A stretch of 64,000 nt of DNA. It comes from Polyangiales bacterium. GTDB lineage: Bacteria; Myxococcota_A; Polyangia; Polyangiales; Polyangiaceae. Below, one piece after another: positions 10,966 through 20,207 of this stretch (position 1 is its first letter; each line of letters opens with the position of its first letter). The notes beneath the pieces were generated by a model, which did no database searches, was not told the origin of the DNA, and saw only the letters and a program-made list of their open reading frames with translations. Position numbers and translations under genes: made by a program. The stretch is from the NCBI GenBank assembly GCA_038231275.1, contig JBBRLQ010000007.1, forward strand, positions 96,001-160,000, written 5' to 3'.

Positions 10966-11102
10966 GAACGAACTTGCTCCTCCGGAGAAAGCAAAAGGAT
11001 TTCATCCCCCACCAAGGGTGTCAAGGTGTGGGACACCGAGAGCGGAAATTGACGCGGGTGGTGACAGGCCCCGACGGGAGCTCTGACGCGCCTCCCGCCC
11101 GC

Positions 11103-11660
11103 TCAGACTTCGAGAATGTCCTTCTCTTTGTGGGCGATCATCTGGTCGACCGACTTGCCACCGTCGGCGACGAGCTCCTCTGCTTTTTTCTTCGCGCGGT
11201 CGACCTCATCGGCGCTCGCGCCGCCTTCGGAGTCGATGGAGCTCAGCATGTCGAGCGCGTCGTGGCGCGCTTTGCGGATGGTGACCTTGCACTCCTCGCC
11301 GTATTTCTTGGCGATCTTCACGAACTCTTTGCGGCGCTCTTCCGTCAGCGGCGGGAGGGGGATGCGGATGAGATCGCCGTCGAGCTGCGGGTTGAAGCCG
11401 AGGTCGCTCTCGCGGAGGGCCTTTTCGACGGACTTCGCCGCGCTCTTGTCCCACGGCTTCACCGTGAGCAGGCGCGGCTCGGGGACGTTGATGTTCGCCA
11501 TCTGCGAGAGCGGCGTCAGCGTGCCGTAGTAGTCGACCTTCACGCCGTCGAGCAGGTTCGGGTTGGCGCGCCCGGCGCGGAGCTTGGTGAGCTCGCGCTT
11601 CAGCACATCGTGGGCCTTCACGATCGCTCCCTGCAGCTCTTTGTGAACGTCGTCCAGCAT
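11103..11660 (-). CDS. frr: ribosome recycling factor
   Basis: LRAGRANP, VDYYG, PPLTEERRKE; 185 aa from ATG 11660. Confidence 0.97.
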   Translation of the reverse strand: MLDDVHKELQGAIVKAHDVLKRELTKLRAGRANPNLLDGVKVDYYGTLTPLSQMANINVPEPRLLTVKPWDKSAAKSVEKALRESDLGFNPQLDGDLIRIPLPPLTEERRKEFVKIAKKYGEECKVTIRKARHDALDMLSSIDSEGGASADEVDRAKKKAEELVADGGKSVDQMIAHKEKDILEV

Positions 11661-11842
11661 CGCCGTGTTCTCCCTTCGGGCGTGCGGAACCTTACAACCG
11701 ATCGCCCGCGAGCTGCCAGCGGGATGGTCCGGGGGCATGAAAATGCAGGAAAATGCGAAAAAAAAGCGGAAATTGGGAAGAATCGGCGGGGCCGCTGGAA
11801 CGTCCATCCCGAGGGGCGTAGGGTTTCGCACCCCGGGGAGCG

Positions 11843-12826
11843 ATGAGCGCGACGGTGTCGTGGAGAGGGCGGTCGTGGAGAGGGCGGCTTCTTGCGGCGT
11901 CGGTGGCGACGGCAGGCGGTCTTTGCCTCGCCGCGGGCGGCGCGCGGCCGGGTGATCTGAAGCCCCCGGTGCTCGATGACGTCGAGCAGATGTGCGCGCT
12001 CTTCGCGTCGTGCGAGGGGGTGCCGATTCCGGCGGGGATGATCCCACAGGATTTCCCGAAGTGCGTGCGCGCGATGAGCGAAGAGCTGGCGAAGCCGAGC
12101 GCTGTCGGCTTCTCGCTGACGATCCGCGAATGCGGTCTGCGCGCCAATACGTGCGCGCAGCTCCGGACGTGCGCGCTCCGCGGGGCCAAGCCGGACGCGT
12201 GCGTAGGGCGAGGGGGTCAGGGGGTCGCGGGGTTCTGCGACGCCGACGGGCGCGCGCTGTCGTGCTCCAAGGACAAGGTGCTCGCGGTGCGCGACTGCCC
12301 GCGCGGTGGCGAGCAATGCGCGGTGAGGAGCGGCGAAGCCTACTGCGCGCTGGGGCCGTGCCCCGCCGAGATCCAAGAAGGCGCGGCGCCGGTGTGCTCG
12401 GGCTCCGGCACGCGAATCCTGCGCTGCGAGAAGGGGAAGCTCGTCAGCCTCGACTGCGCGGCGTTCGGCCTGAAGTGCGTCCACGCGGACGGCGCGGCAG
12501 CCTGCGCGCCCGACACCACCGTGTGTACGAACGGCGCAGCGAGCTGTGACGGAGAGGTCGCCATTGGGTGTCACCACGGCCACCAGGTCCGAATCGACTG
12601 CGCGGCCGGCGGCCTCGTGTGCGGCGGCGCGGCGAGCGTCCCAGTCGGCGCGTGCGCGATGCCGGCGCCCGAGAAGGGGGAGAAATGCGATCCCGCCGCC
12701 CCCGCGCGGTGCGAAGGCTCCACCCTCAAGTACTGCGCGGCCGGCCGCCCGCGCAGCTACCCGTGCAAGGCGGTGGGCTTCAACCGCTGCGTGAGCGACG
12801 CCAAGGGAGCGCGCTGCGCGGGGTAA
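11843..12826 (+). CDS. secreted Cys-rich repeat protein
   Basis: Hydrophobic N-terminus; repeated C-x-G...C...DC...G..C units. Confidence 0.7.
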   Translation: MSATVSWRGRSWRGRLLAASVATAGGLCLAAGGARPGDLKPPVLDDVEQMCALFASCEGVPIPAGMIPQDFPKCVRAMSEELAKPSAVGFSLTIRECGLRANTCAQLRTCALRGAKPDACVGRGGQGVAGFCDADGRALSCSKDKVLAVRDCPRGGEQCAVRSGEAYCALGPCPAEIQEGAAPVCSGSGTRILRCEKGKLVSLDCAAFGLKCVHADGAAACAPDTTVCTNGAASCDGEVAIGCHHGHQVRIDCAAGGLVCGGAASVPVGACAMPAPEKGEKCDPAAPARCEGSTLKYCAAGRPRSYPCKAVGFNRCVSDAKGARCAG

Positions 12827-12849
12827 GCGGGTCGTGGTAAGACCACGCG

Positions 12850-14532
12850 GTGGCGCGGTCCCTCGGTCGTCTCCTGGTAGTGGTGGGTTTGCTCGCAGCG
12901 ACGGTCGCGACGGCGCCTGGCTGCACGTGCAACAAGAGCGAGGTGTCGGTGGACGACGCGGCGGCGTTCGGCGGCGTCGTCGTGGAGGCGCCGGTGGCTG
13001 CGCCCGATGGGCTCCTCGCGGACGTCTTCGTCGCGACGCCGAACGCGAGCTGGCAGCGCGTGCAGCGTGGCGTCGGCGGGACGCTGGGAATTCTCCCGTC
13101 GACGCTCGGCAGCTTGACGTGCGCGCTCGCGGGCCTCGATCCCAGCCTCGGCGCGGAAATCGACGGTGCCGCGCTCGCGACCGGCGCGATCGCCGACGAT
13201 CCGAAGGATCTGGCGTGGGCCCTCGCGATGAAGATCGCAGAGCCGCGTCGCGCGCGGGACGTGCTCTTCGAGAGCGAGACGGCGCGCTATTCCCCGCGCC
13301 CGATCGCGGGCGGAGGGATGCTGCTCCTCGCGCCCAAGGGAGGTGGTCGCCTGTCCCTCGCCGTGGCGCTGGCCCCTGGCGGATATCTGGTGATCGCGCG
13401 AAATGAAGACGATCTGAGCCGCCTCGGACCCTACGCGTACCGGACGGTGCCGACCAAGCCGGTGCCGGAAGGCGGCGCGCTCGTCCTCGACGCGCCCACC
13501 ACGGCGCTCAAGGGTCCGCTGCGCGCGCGCGTGTCGTCGCTGTGGGACGCGGCGCGCGGCGATCTCGCCAAGAAGGACGACGCCGCGCGCGCCGCGCATG
13601 GTGGCCGCGCGCCCGACTACGGCGATCCGCGCGCCGTCCTCGCGCTCCTCGACGGCGCGATGCAGAGCCGGCTCGCCATGCTCGGCGATCTCTCCCGCGC
13701 GCGCGTCGTCGTCGACGTCCGCGAGACGAGCCTGCGCGCCGATCTCGTGGTCACGCCGGGCGCCGCCGACGGCCCTTCGAGCGCCGCGTTCTCGAGCATG
13801 CACCCCGGCGACGCGGCGCCGCTCCTCGAGGCGAACGACTCGCCGCTCGCGGTGCTCTTCCGCGACGACGCAGGCGGACGCGCCCAGACGGCGGCGGACG
13901 TGGAGGACGCTGTGAAGAAGGCGCTCGGCGAGCGGCTCGCGGAGCCCGAGGCCAAGCGCCTCCACGGGGCGATCGACGGCTGGACGAAGGCGCGCGGCGA
14001 CTGGACGACTCTGGGCCTCATCGGCACCGACGGCCTCTTCGTCCGTACGCCGGCGACGAACGGCGACGCCGCCGATCACGCGATCCGCGAGTTTCTTTCG
14101 CTCGTCAGCGTCGCACCGCTCAAGCAAGGCCTTCGGATCCACGACGTCACCGTCGGCGCCGGAACCGCGCAAGTCGTCTACGGCGATCCGCCGGCGAAGG
14201 GTGCGCAGCCCAAGAAGGCGAACGTCGCATGGGGCGCCAAGGGCGGGGAGATCGGGGTCACCGTGACGACGCTGACGCCGCCGACGTCCGCCACGCCGCA
14301 GACGAAGAAGATCGGAGAGGACCCCGTCATCGCGTCCCTCGTGCGTGCCCTCGACGCGACGGTGACGTTCGCGGCGGTGGTCCAGCCCCTCAAGCTCGAT
14401 CCGGCGCGCGCCAACGCCGCGGCGGCGCCGGCGATCGTCGCGTGGGGCAAGAGGGCGAAGGGCGCGTACCTCCGCGTCGAGGCGAGCGACGTGCTCGCGC
14501 GTGAGCTCCTCAAGATGCGCTCGGGGTTCTGA
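12850..14532 (+). CDS. hypothetical lipoprotein
   Basis: Signal peptide ending APGCTC; long ORF tightly packed between neighbours. Confidence 0.7.
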   Translation: MARSLGRLLVVVGLLAATVATAPGCTCNKSEVSVDDAAAFGGVVVEAPVAAPDGLLADVFVATPNASWQRVQRGVGGTLGILPSTLGSLTCALAGLDPSLGAEIDGAALATGAIADDPKDLAWALAMKIAEPRRARDVLFESETARYSPRPIAGGGMLLLAPKGGGRLSLAVALAPGGYLVIARNEDDLSRLGPYAYRTVPTKPVPEGGALVLDAPTTALKGPLRARVSSLWDAARGDLAKKDDAARAAHGGRAPDYGDPRAVLALLDGAMQSRLAMLGDLSRARVVVDVRETSLRADLVVTPGAADGPSSAAFSSMHPGDAAPLLEANDSPLAVLFRDDAGGRAQTAADVEDAVKKALGERLAEPEAKRLHGAIDGWTKARGDWTTLGLIGTDGLFVRTPATNGDAADHAIREFLSLVSVAPLKQGLRIHDVTVGAGTAQVVYGDPPAKGAQPKKANVAWGAKGGEIGVTVTTLTPPTSATPQTKKIGEDPVIASLVRALDATVTFAAVVQPLKLDPARANAAAAPAIVAWGKRAKGAYLRVEASDVLARELLKMRSGF

Positions 14533-14534
14533 CG

Positions 14535-15347
14535 ATGGATCTGGCGTTCCTCGCCATCCCGCTCTTCCAGCGCGCGCTCGCAGCGGGCAGTGTGCTCGCG
14601 GCGCTGCTCGCGCTTCTCGGCGTCCTCGTCACCGCCCGCGGTCTCGCGTATTTGGGGGATGGGCTGTCGCACGCGGCGTTCGGCGGGATCGCGCTCGGCA
14701 TGTTCATGGGGCTGGCGTCGCCGCTCGTCGTCGCGATCCCGTTCACGGCGCTTGCGGCGATCGGGATCGGCGCGCTGCGGCGCAAAGGGGGCATGCGCTC
14801 CGACGTCGCGATGGCGACGCTCTTCGCGGTCTGCTTCGCGTTCGGCGCCGTGCTCCTGCGCCGCGCGACGCGCACCGAGCAGACGTTCGATCCCGAGCAG
14901 CTCCTGTTCGGCAACATCGTCCTCGTCGGCTCCGACGAACTCTACCTGGTGCTCGGCATCGCCGCCGTTACGCTCGTCTTCTTCGTGCTCGCGTGGACGC
15001 GCATCGCGTATGCGACGTTCGACGAGGAGCTCGCGCGTCTCTCCGGCATCGAGGTCGGGTGGCTCGAGAGCGCGCTCCTGGCGCTGCTCGCGGCGGTCGT
15101 TGTCGCGGCGATTCGCCTGGCGGGGGTCGTGCTCGTCAGCGCGTTCCTCGTCATCCCCGCCGCGACGGGGCGCGTGATGGGACGGACGCTGGCGAGCGTC
15201 GTCGCGTGGGCGATGGGCTTCGGCGTCATCGGCGTGCTCCTCGGCTTCGTCGTCGCGCGAAGGCTCGACTGGCCGGAGGGCGCCACCATCGTCCTCGTCC
15301 TCGCGGCGCAGCTGTCGATCGTCGGCCTCGCGCGGCGACGGCATTGA
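14535..15347 (+). CDS. metal ABC transporter permease (ZnuB/MntB type)
   Basis: GDGLSHAAFGG, LLFGNI, FDEELARLSG, GVVLVSAFLVIPA; multiple TM helices. Confidence 0.9.
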   Translation: MDLAFLAIPLFQRALAAGSVLAALLALLGVLVTARGLAYLGDGLSHAAFGGIALGMFMGLASPLVVAIPFTALAAIGIGALRRKGGMRSDVAMATLFAVCFAFGAVLLRRATRTEQTFDPEQLLFGNIVLVGSDELYLVLGIAAVTLVFFVLAWTRIAYATFDEELARLSGIEVGWLESALLALLAAVVVAAIRLAGVVLVSAFLVIPAATGRVMGRTLASVVAWAMGFGVIGVLLGFVVARRLDWPEGATIVLVLAAQLSIVGLARRRH

Positions 15348-15414
15348 GCCGGGGCCCGGTGCCCGCGTCGTTTGCCGGTTCCGATCGGACGACTTCTGCT
15401 CTACACCGGTCCCG

Positions 15415-16533
15415 ATGCCTCGCGCCGGCTACGACGACGTCGTCCTCCTGACGGGGTACCCCTCCTTCAGCGCGCGCAAGATGTGCGAGGAGCTGCTGCG
15501 CGGACCGGAGCGCACGCTCGTTCACGCGGTGGTGCGGGCGAAGTTCGCGGCCGAGGCCCAGAGCGCGAAGGACGAGCTCCCCTTGGATGCACGGCAGCGT
15601 GTGAATCTGATCGACGGCGACGCGGCGTCGATGGACCTCGGCCTCAGCGGCGCCGAGTTTCGGGCGATGGCGCGGGAGGTGGATCGCATCCACCACGTCG
15701 CGCACGTCTCGTACATGGGCGTCGACCGCGCGACCGCCGAGCACGTCAACGTCGGCGGCACGCGCGAGATCCTCGAGCTCGGCGCGGCGTGCGCGTCGCT
15801 CAAGTGCCTCGTGATGCACTCGACGTCGCACGTCGCCGGCGATCGCGAGGGCGTCGTACGGGAGGACGAGCTCGCCGCCGGCCAAGCCTTCCGCAACGTC
15901 GTGGAGGAGACGAAGGCCCGCGCCGAGAAGCTCGTCCGCGCCAAGATGAGCAAAATGCCCATCTGCGTCCTCCGCCCCACGATGGTCGTCGGCGACTCGC
16001 GCACCGGGGAGGTCGATCGCTTCGACGGCCCCTACCTCCTCATCCTCCTCATCGTCACGTCGCCCGCCGATTTTGCCTTCCCGCTTCTCGGCCGCGGCGA
16101 CGCGCTCCTGCACCTCGTCCCGATCGACTTCGTCGTCCAGGCGGCCCGCGTTCTCGGCAGGCACCCGAAGGCCCCCGGTCGCACGTTCCACATCGCAGAT
16201 CCGACGGCGCTCACGGTGCGGCGCTGCTTCGAGCTCGTCGCCAAGGCCGGTGGGCGTCGCATGCCGCGCGGCTTCATTCCGGCCAACCTGACCAAGGCGC
16301 TCCTCCGCACGCCGGGCATCGATCGCTTCGCCAAGAGCCCTCGCGCGCTCCTCGATGCCATCGCCACGCCCGTTCGCTACGCGACCCACAACGCCGACGA
16401 GCTCCTCGCGGACTCCGGCGTCGTGTGCCCTCCGTTCGAAGAGTATGTCGATCGCCTCGTTGAGTACGTTCAAGTCCGCCTTCGCGAGAAGCGCGCGCGA
16501 CGCGACGCCGATGTCGCCGATCCGTTGAGTTGA
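15415..16533 (+). CDS. extended SDR / thioester-reductase-like protein with degenerate catalytic motifs
   Basis: TGYPSF, VNVGGT, RPTMVVGDSRTGE, FDGPY, VPIDFV. Confidence 0.85.
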   Translation: MPRAGYDDVVLLTGYPSFSARKMCEELLRGPERTLVHAVVRAKFAAEAQSAKDELPLDARQRVNLIDGDAASMDLGLSGAEFRAMAREVDRIHHVAHVSYMGVDRATAEHVNVGGTREILELGAACASLKCLVMHSTSHVAGDREGVVREDELAAGQAFRNVVEETKARAEKLVRAKMSKMPICVLRPTMVVGDSRTGEVDRFDGPYLLILLIVTSPADFAFPLLGRGDALLHLVPIDFVVQAARVLGRHPKAPGRTFHIADPTALTVRRCFELVAKAGGRRMPRGFIPANLTKALLRTPGIDRFAKSPRALLDAIATPVRYATHNADELLADSGVVCPPFEEYVDRLVEYVQVRLREKRARRDADVADPLS

Positions 16534-16539
16534 GCCGCG

Positions 16540-16782
16540 ATGACGAAGAAGAGCGTCCCACCCTGCATCGGTCCCGGGATGATCACACGCCGCGTGATCG
16601 TGAGGAGCCCAGACGTGGTCTTCTTGAAAGGGATCGTCGAGGCGAGCGAAGGCCTCGCGCAGGTCTTCGCCGAGCGGGGAGGCGAGCTCACCCTGGCATC
16701 TCCGGAGGGGCGCGCGGCGGAGCTCGACGCGCTCATCGACGATCTATGCCGCGAGCTCGGCGCGATGCGGCAGGATGACTGA
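16540..16782 (+). CDS. small protein, DUF4911-like
   Basis: DVVFLKGIVEASEGLA motif; 80 aa, 6 nt after the SDR gene. Confidence 0.55.
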   Translation: MTKKSVPPCIGPGMITRRVIVRSPDVVFLKGIVEASEGLAQVFAERGGELTLASPEGRAAELDALIDDLCRELGAMRQDD

Positions 16783-16879
16783 CCGCCCGAGAAAAAACTT
16801 GGTCACACGCGCGCCCGACGCGCGTTCTCCCTCACGAAACGACGGCGGCTACGTGCCGTCCCCACCCAGGAGACTCCCC

Positions 16880-17446
16880 ATGCGCGCTCTCGTCCTCGCC
16901 TCCGCCCTCGGCGTCCTGACCGCTGCCGCCTCTGCACTCGCTGCGTGCGCGAGCGCCTCGCCCAGTGACGCGTCCGCCGTCGCGGCCACGAACAGCTCGA
17001 AGGAGACGGCGGCGCCGGTTCTCCAAGGTCGCTATCCGTTCGTATTCGAAGAGTCGGAGGTCTTCGCAGGGATGAAGACGAAGTGCGCCGCCGACGCGAG
17101 CGGAGACGCGGCGAAGGCCGACGCGTGCCTCGCCGAGATCCGCGCGGAGGCGGCCAAAGAGGGCCTCCGTTTCGACACGGACGCCCAGGGCAAAGTCACG
17201 TGGAGCTCGTACGGCGACGACCACGGCGCCGAGGTCACCTTCCACCAGGTGGCCATCGCGGTGACCAGCGACGGCCCCAAGCTCGTGACCGCGCGTACGC
17301 TCGCCGCGGCGACCGGCGCCCTCGCGGCCAAGCGTCCCATCCCCGAGGGGACCGTGATGCGCATCGAGCTCGTCGACGATCGCACCATCGCGATGCAGGA
17401 CCCCAAGAAGGGGCGCCTCGTGTTTCGCCGCGCCGCGAGCAAGTGA
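16880..17446 (+). CDS. hypothetical lipoprotein
   Basis: AGGAG SD upstream of ATG 16880; lipobox LAAC. Confidence 0.7.
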   Translation: MRALVLASALGVLTAAASALAACASASPSDASAVAATNSSKETAAPVLQGRYPFVFEESEVFAGMKTKCAADASGDAAKADACLAEIRAEAAKEGLRFDTDAQGKVTWSSYGDDHGAEVTFHQVAIAVTSDGPKLVTARTLAAATGALAAKRPIPEGTVMRIELVDDRTIAMQDPKKGRLVFRRAASK

Positions 17447-17458
17447 TACGTTGAGGGG

Positions 17459-18070
17459 ATGGCGGCGGGAGTAGTGGCGGCGACTGCGGCGGTCGTGGCG
17501 ATGCAGGCCGCGCGCGCCGTGCAGGAGCAGAACGTCCGCATGGCCGGCGACGTTTGGGCCGCGTTCGCCGCGACGCTCGGCTTCTCACCGCCCGGCACGA
17601 CCGCGAGCGCGCTCCCGTTCCTCGCGGGCGTGCTCGACGGCGTTCGCTTCCGCCTCCGCGTCGTGCGCGACGAGCAAGGCTGGGCGCATACGCAGGCCTT
17701 CGCCGACGCCATGGTCCCGATCAGCTGCGAGGTCGGCGTCTACTCGAGCCCGGCGGGGTTTCTCGACTGGGTGAAGGCGCACTTCGAGGAGGACATCGAG
17801 ATCGGCGACGCTCCGTTCGATCGCGCGTTCGTCATTCGCGCGCGTCCGCGCGAGGCCGCGGCGTCGCTGCTCCAGCCCGAGGTCCGCGCGCTCACGACGG
17901 CGTTCCTCGGCCACGCGCTCGCTGGCCTCACGTACAAGGAGGGCGTCATCGCGCTCCAGTGGCGCGGCGTCGAACGCGATCCTGCGGTGCTCGAGCACGC
18001 GCTCCGCTTGGTCTCCCTCGTCGGGAGGTGGGCACCCTCCGAGGGCGGCTACAGGACGATGAGTTTCTAG
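17459..18070 (+). CDS. hypothetical protein
   Basis: Contains DIEIGDAPFDRAFVI; fills the gap between genes. Confidence 0.6.
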   Translation: MAAGVVAATAAVVAMQAARAVQEQNVRMAGDVWAAFAATLGFSPPGTTASALPFLAGVLDGVRFRLRVVRDEQGWAHTQAFADAMVPISCEVGVYSSPAGFLDWVKAHFEEDIEIGDAPFDRAFVIRARPREAAASLLQPEVRALTTAFLGHALAGLTYKEGVIALQWRGVERDPAVLEHALRLVSLVGRWAPSEGGYRTMSF

Positions 18071-20127
18071 GTCAGGTTGGAGCCGCTGTCGTCGTCGTCG
18101 CTCGTCATCTGCGGGCGGACGGTGAGGCCGCCCGGCTCGATCGACAGCGCGCTGCCTTGCTCGGGCTGCGAGTCGGGCGGCGGCGGGAAGCTCGACGTGC
18201 TCGTGCCGAGCGCGTTCTTGTGATCGAGGAAGCGCAGCGTGCCGGGGCCGCTCGTGCGCTCCAGCACCCCGCGGAGATCGCCAGGGAGAGGAGCTTCCAC
18301 GATCAGGCGGTGGCCGTGCCCCGGGTGATCGATCTCGATGCGCACGCAGTGGAGGAAGGCGCGGTCGAGGCCGTTCTTCTCTTCGAAGAAGCGGTTGGTC
18401 GGGCCGTGGCCGTACCGATCGTCGCCCAACACCGGGTGGCCGATCGCGGCGAGGTGGCGGCGGACCTGATGGGTCCTACCTTGCTCGGGGATGACGCGCA
18501 GCACGCTGTGACCGCTCGCGACCGCGAGGCGCCGGTAGCGCGTGCGCGCGGGGAACAGCTTCCCCTCCTCGCGCAGCTCGCGGGTGATGGCGCCCTTCGA
18601 CGGCGTGACGCCGCGCGCGGCGGCGACGTAGATCCTGCGCGAGGCGGCGGAGGCGAGCGCAGCGGCCCATTTGGCGACGAGCTCGGGCTGCCGCGCGAAG
18701 ATCACGAGCCCGCTCGTTCCGATGTCGATGCGGTGGATGGGGACCGCATCGGCGGCCCCGGGGAGACGCCGCACGCGCGACTGGAGAGAGCTCGCGTACT
18801 CCGCCTGCGGCGCCGTCGGTTCGTGCGGGCCCTTCTCGACGATCAAGATCTCTTCGTCCTCGAAGGCGACGCGCGGCGTGGGGATCGAGCCGCGCCGGAG
18901 GATGGCGACCGTCTCCACCTCGTCGGTGAGCGGGATCATGTCGAGCGGCCGCAGCGACGCCGTGGAGTACCCGAGGCGCGAGAGGTGATCGAGATCGCGC
19001 GCGAGCGTGTCGGGATCGCAGGAGACGTACGCGAGCGCGGTGAGCTCGAAGCGCGCGATCCACTCGCGCGCCAGCGCGCTCATTCCGCGGCGTGGTGGGT
19101 TCACGACGGCGGCGTCGAACTTCTCGCCGCGCTCGAGCATTGCGCGCAGCGCCGTCGCCGCGTCGGCGTGATCGGCGGTGAGCCGGACGTCTTGCGATCG
19201 GGCTGCGGCGCGCGCCTGCTCGACCGCCGGACCGAACGACTCGACGAGGTGCACGTCGGCCCCGGCCGCGCCCAGCGCCAACGCGATCGCGCCGCTCCCG
19301 CCGTACAGATCGAGGACGCGCACGCGCTTGCCGTGCAGGACCGCCTTCGCCACGCCCGTGAGCTCGATCAGCATCTGGTGGATGCGCTCGGCCTGCCCGC
19401 GGTGGGCTTGCACGAAGGAGCCGAACGTCGCGAGGTGAATCGACGCGCCGAGCTTGTCGGGGAGCGACGCCTCGCCGAAGAGATGAGACGTCTCGCTGCC
19501 GAGGATCTGCGGCGCCTCGCCGTCGTGGAAGTTGACCGCCACGCCCGCGATCTCCGGCATCTCGCCGATGAGCGCCTGCGCGGCGGCTTTCAGCGCCGCC
19601 AAATCTGGGACGCGCGCGCGGTGGACGACGAGCGTGACGAGCACGCGCGCGCCGTCGTCGCCTCGGACCTCACGAAGGTCCACGGCACGCAGCGCGCCGC
19701 CCCCGCTCGGATCGAACGGCGCGAGCAGTCCATCGCCCGCCGTCGTCGTCCGCGCGCGGAGCGACTCGGCGACGCGCGCGAGGACGGGGGAGAGGACCCG
19801 GCACGTCGGAATGTCGACGACCTGATGACCGCCGCCCTTCGCGAAGAGCCCGACCCTCGGTCCCGACGCGACGATGAGCTTCGCGCGCGTGCGGTAGCCG
19901 ACGATTGGCGACGCGGCCGCGACGGGCTCGGTGTACACGAGCTCGAGGGACGAGTAGCGCGCGACGGATTGAACGACGCGACCGCGCTTGAGCGCGAGCT
20001 GCTCTCCGTACGGGAGCGCGATGATCGGACATCCACCGCAGCGGTCGGCGTGCGAACACTCGACACGCTGGGTGTCCAGTGGCGCAGGCGGACCGAGCTC
20101 GGGCGCGGGGACCATCGGTAGGCTCAT
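18067..20127 (-). CDS. fusion of an RNA m5U methyltransferase (RlmC/RlmD family) and an RluA-family pseudouridine synthase
   Basis: CSHADRCGGC, DLYGGSG, VNPPRRG, YVSCDPDTLARD; then HRIDIGTSG, GRTHQVRRHL, GHPVLGDDRYG in one frame. Confidence 0.9.
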   Translation of the reverse strand: MSLPMVPAPELGPPAPLDTQRVECSHADRCGGCPIIALPYGEQLALKRGRVVQSVARYSSLELVYTEPVAAASPIVGYRTRAKLIVASGPRVGLFAKGGGHQVVDIPTCRVLSPVLARVAESLRARTTTAGDGLLAPFDPSGGGALRAVDLREVRGDDGARVLVTLVVHRARVPDLAALKAAAQALIGEMPEIAGVAVNFHDGEAPQILGSETSHLFGEASLPDKLGASIHLATFGSFVQAHRGQAERIHQMLIELTGVAKAVLHGKRVRVLDLYGGSGAIALALGAAGADVHLVESFGPAVEQARAAARSQDVRLTADHADAATALRAMLERGEKFDAAVVNPPRRGMSALAREWIARFELTALAYVSCDPDTLARDLDHLSRLGYSTASLRPLDMIPLTDEVETVAILRRGSIPTPRVAFEDEEILIVEKGPHEPTAPQAEYASSLQSRVRRLPGAADAVPIHRIDIGTSGLVIFARQPELVAKWAAALASAASRRIYVAAARGVTPSKGAITRELREEGKLFPARTRYRRLAVASGHSVLRVIPEQGRTHQVRRHLAAIGHPVLGDDRYGHGPTNRFFEEKNGLDRAFLHCVRIEIDHPGHGHRLIVEAPLPGDLRGVLERTSGPGTLRFLDHKNALGTSTSSFPPPPDSQPEQGSALSIEPGGLTVRPQMTSDDDDSGSNLT

Positions 20128-20207
20128 CGTATACCTTCGTCGCCTCGGACGAAGAAAGCGTACGCGCATCCCCACACGAACCTACCCGACGAACGTGTTT
20201 GGCGAGG

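Noticed and set aside
17554..20121. 855-aa plus-strand ORF, and many similar long Arg/Ala-rich ORFs
   Set aside because: Shadow frames of real genes in high-GC DNA; no motifs
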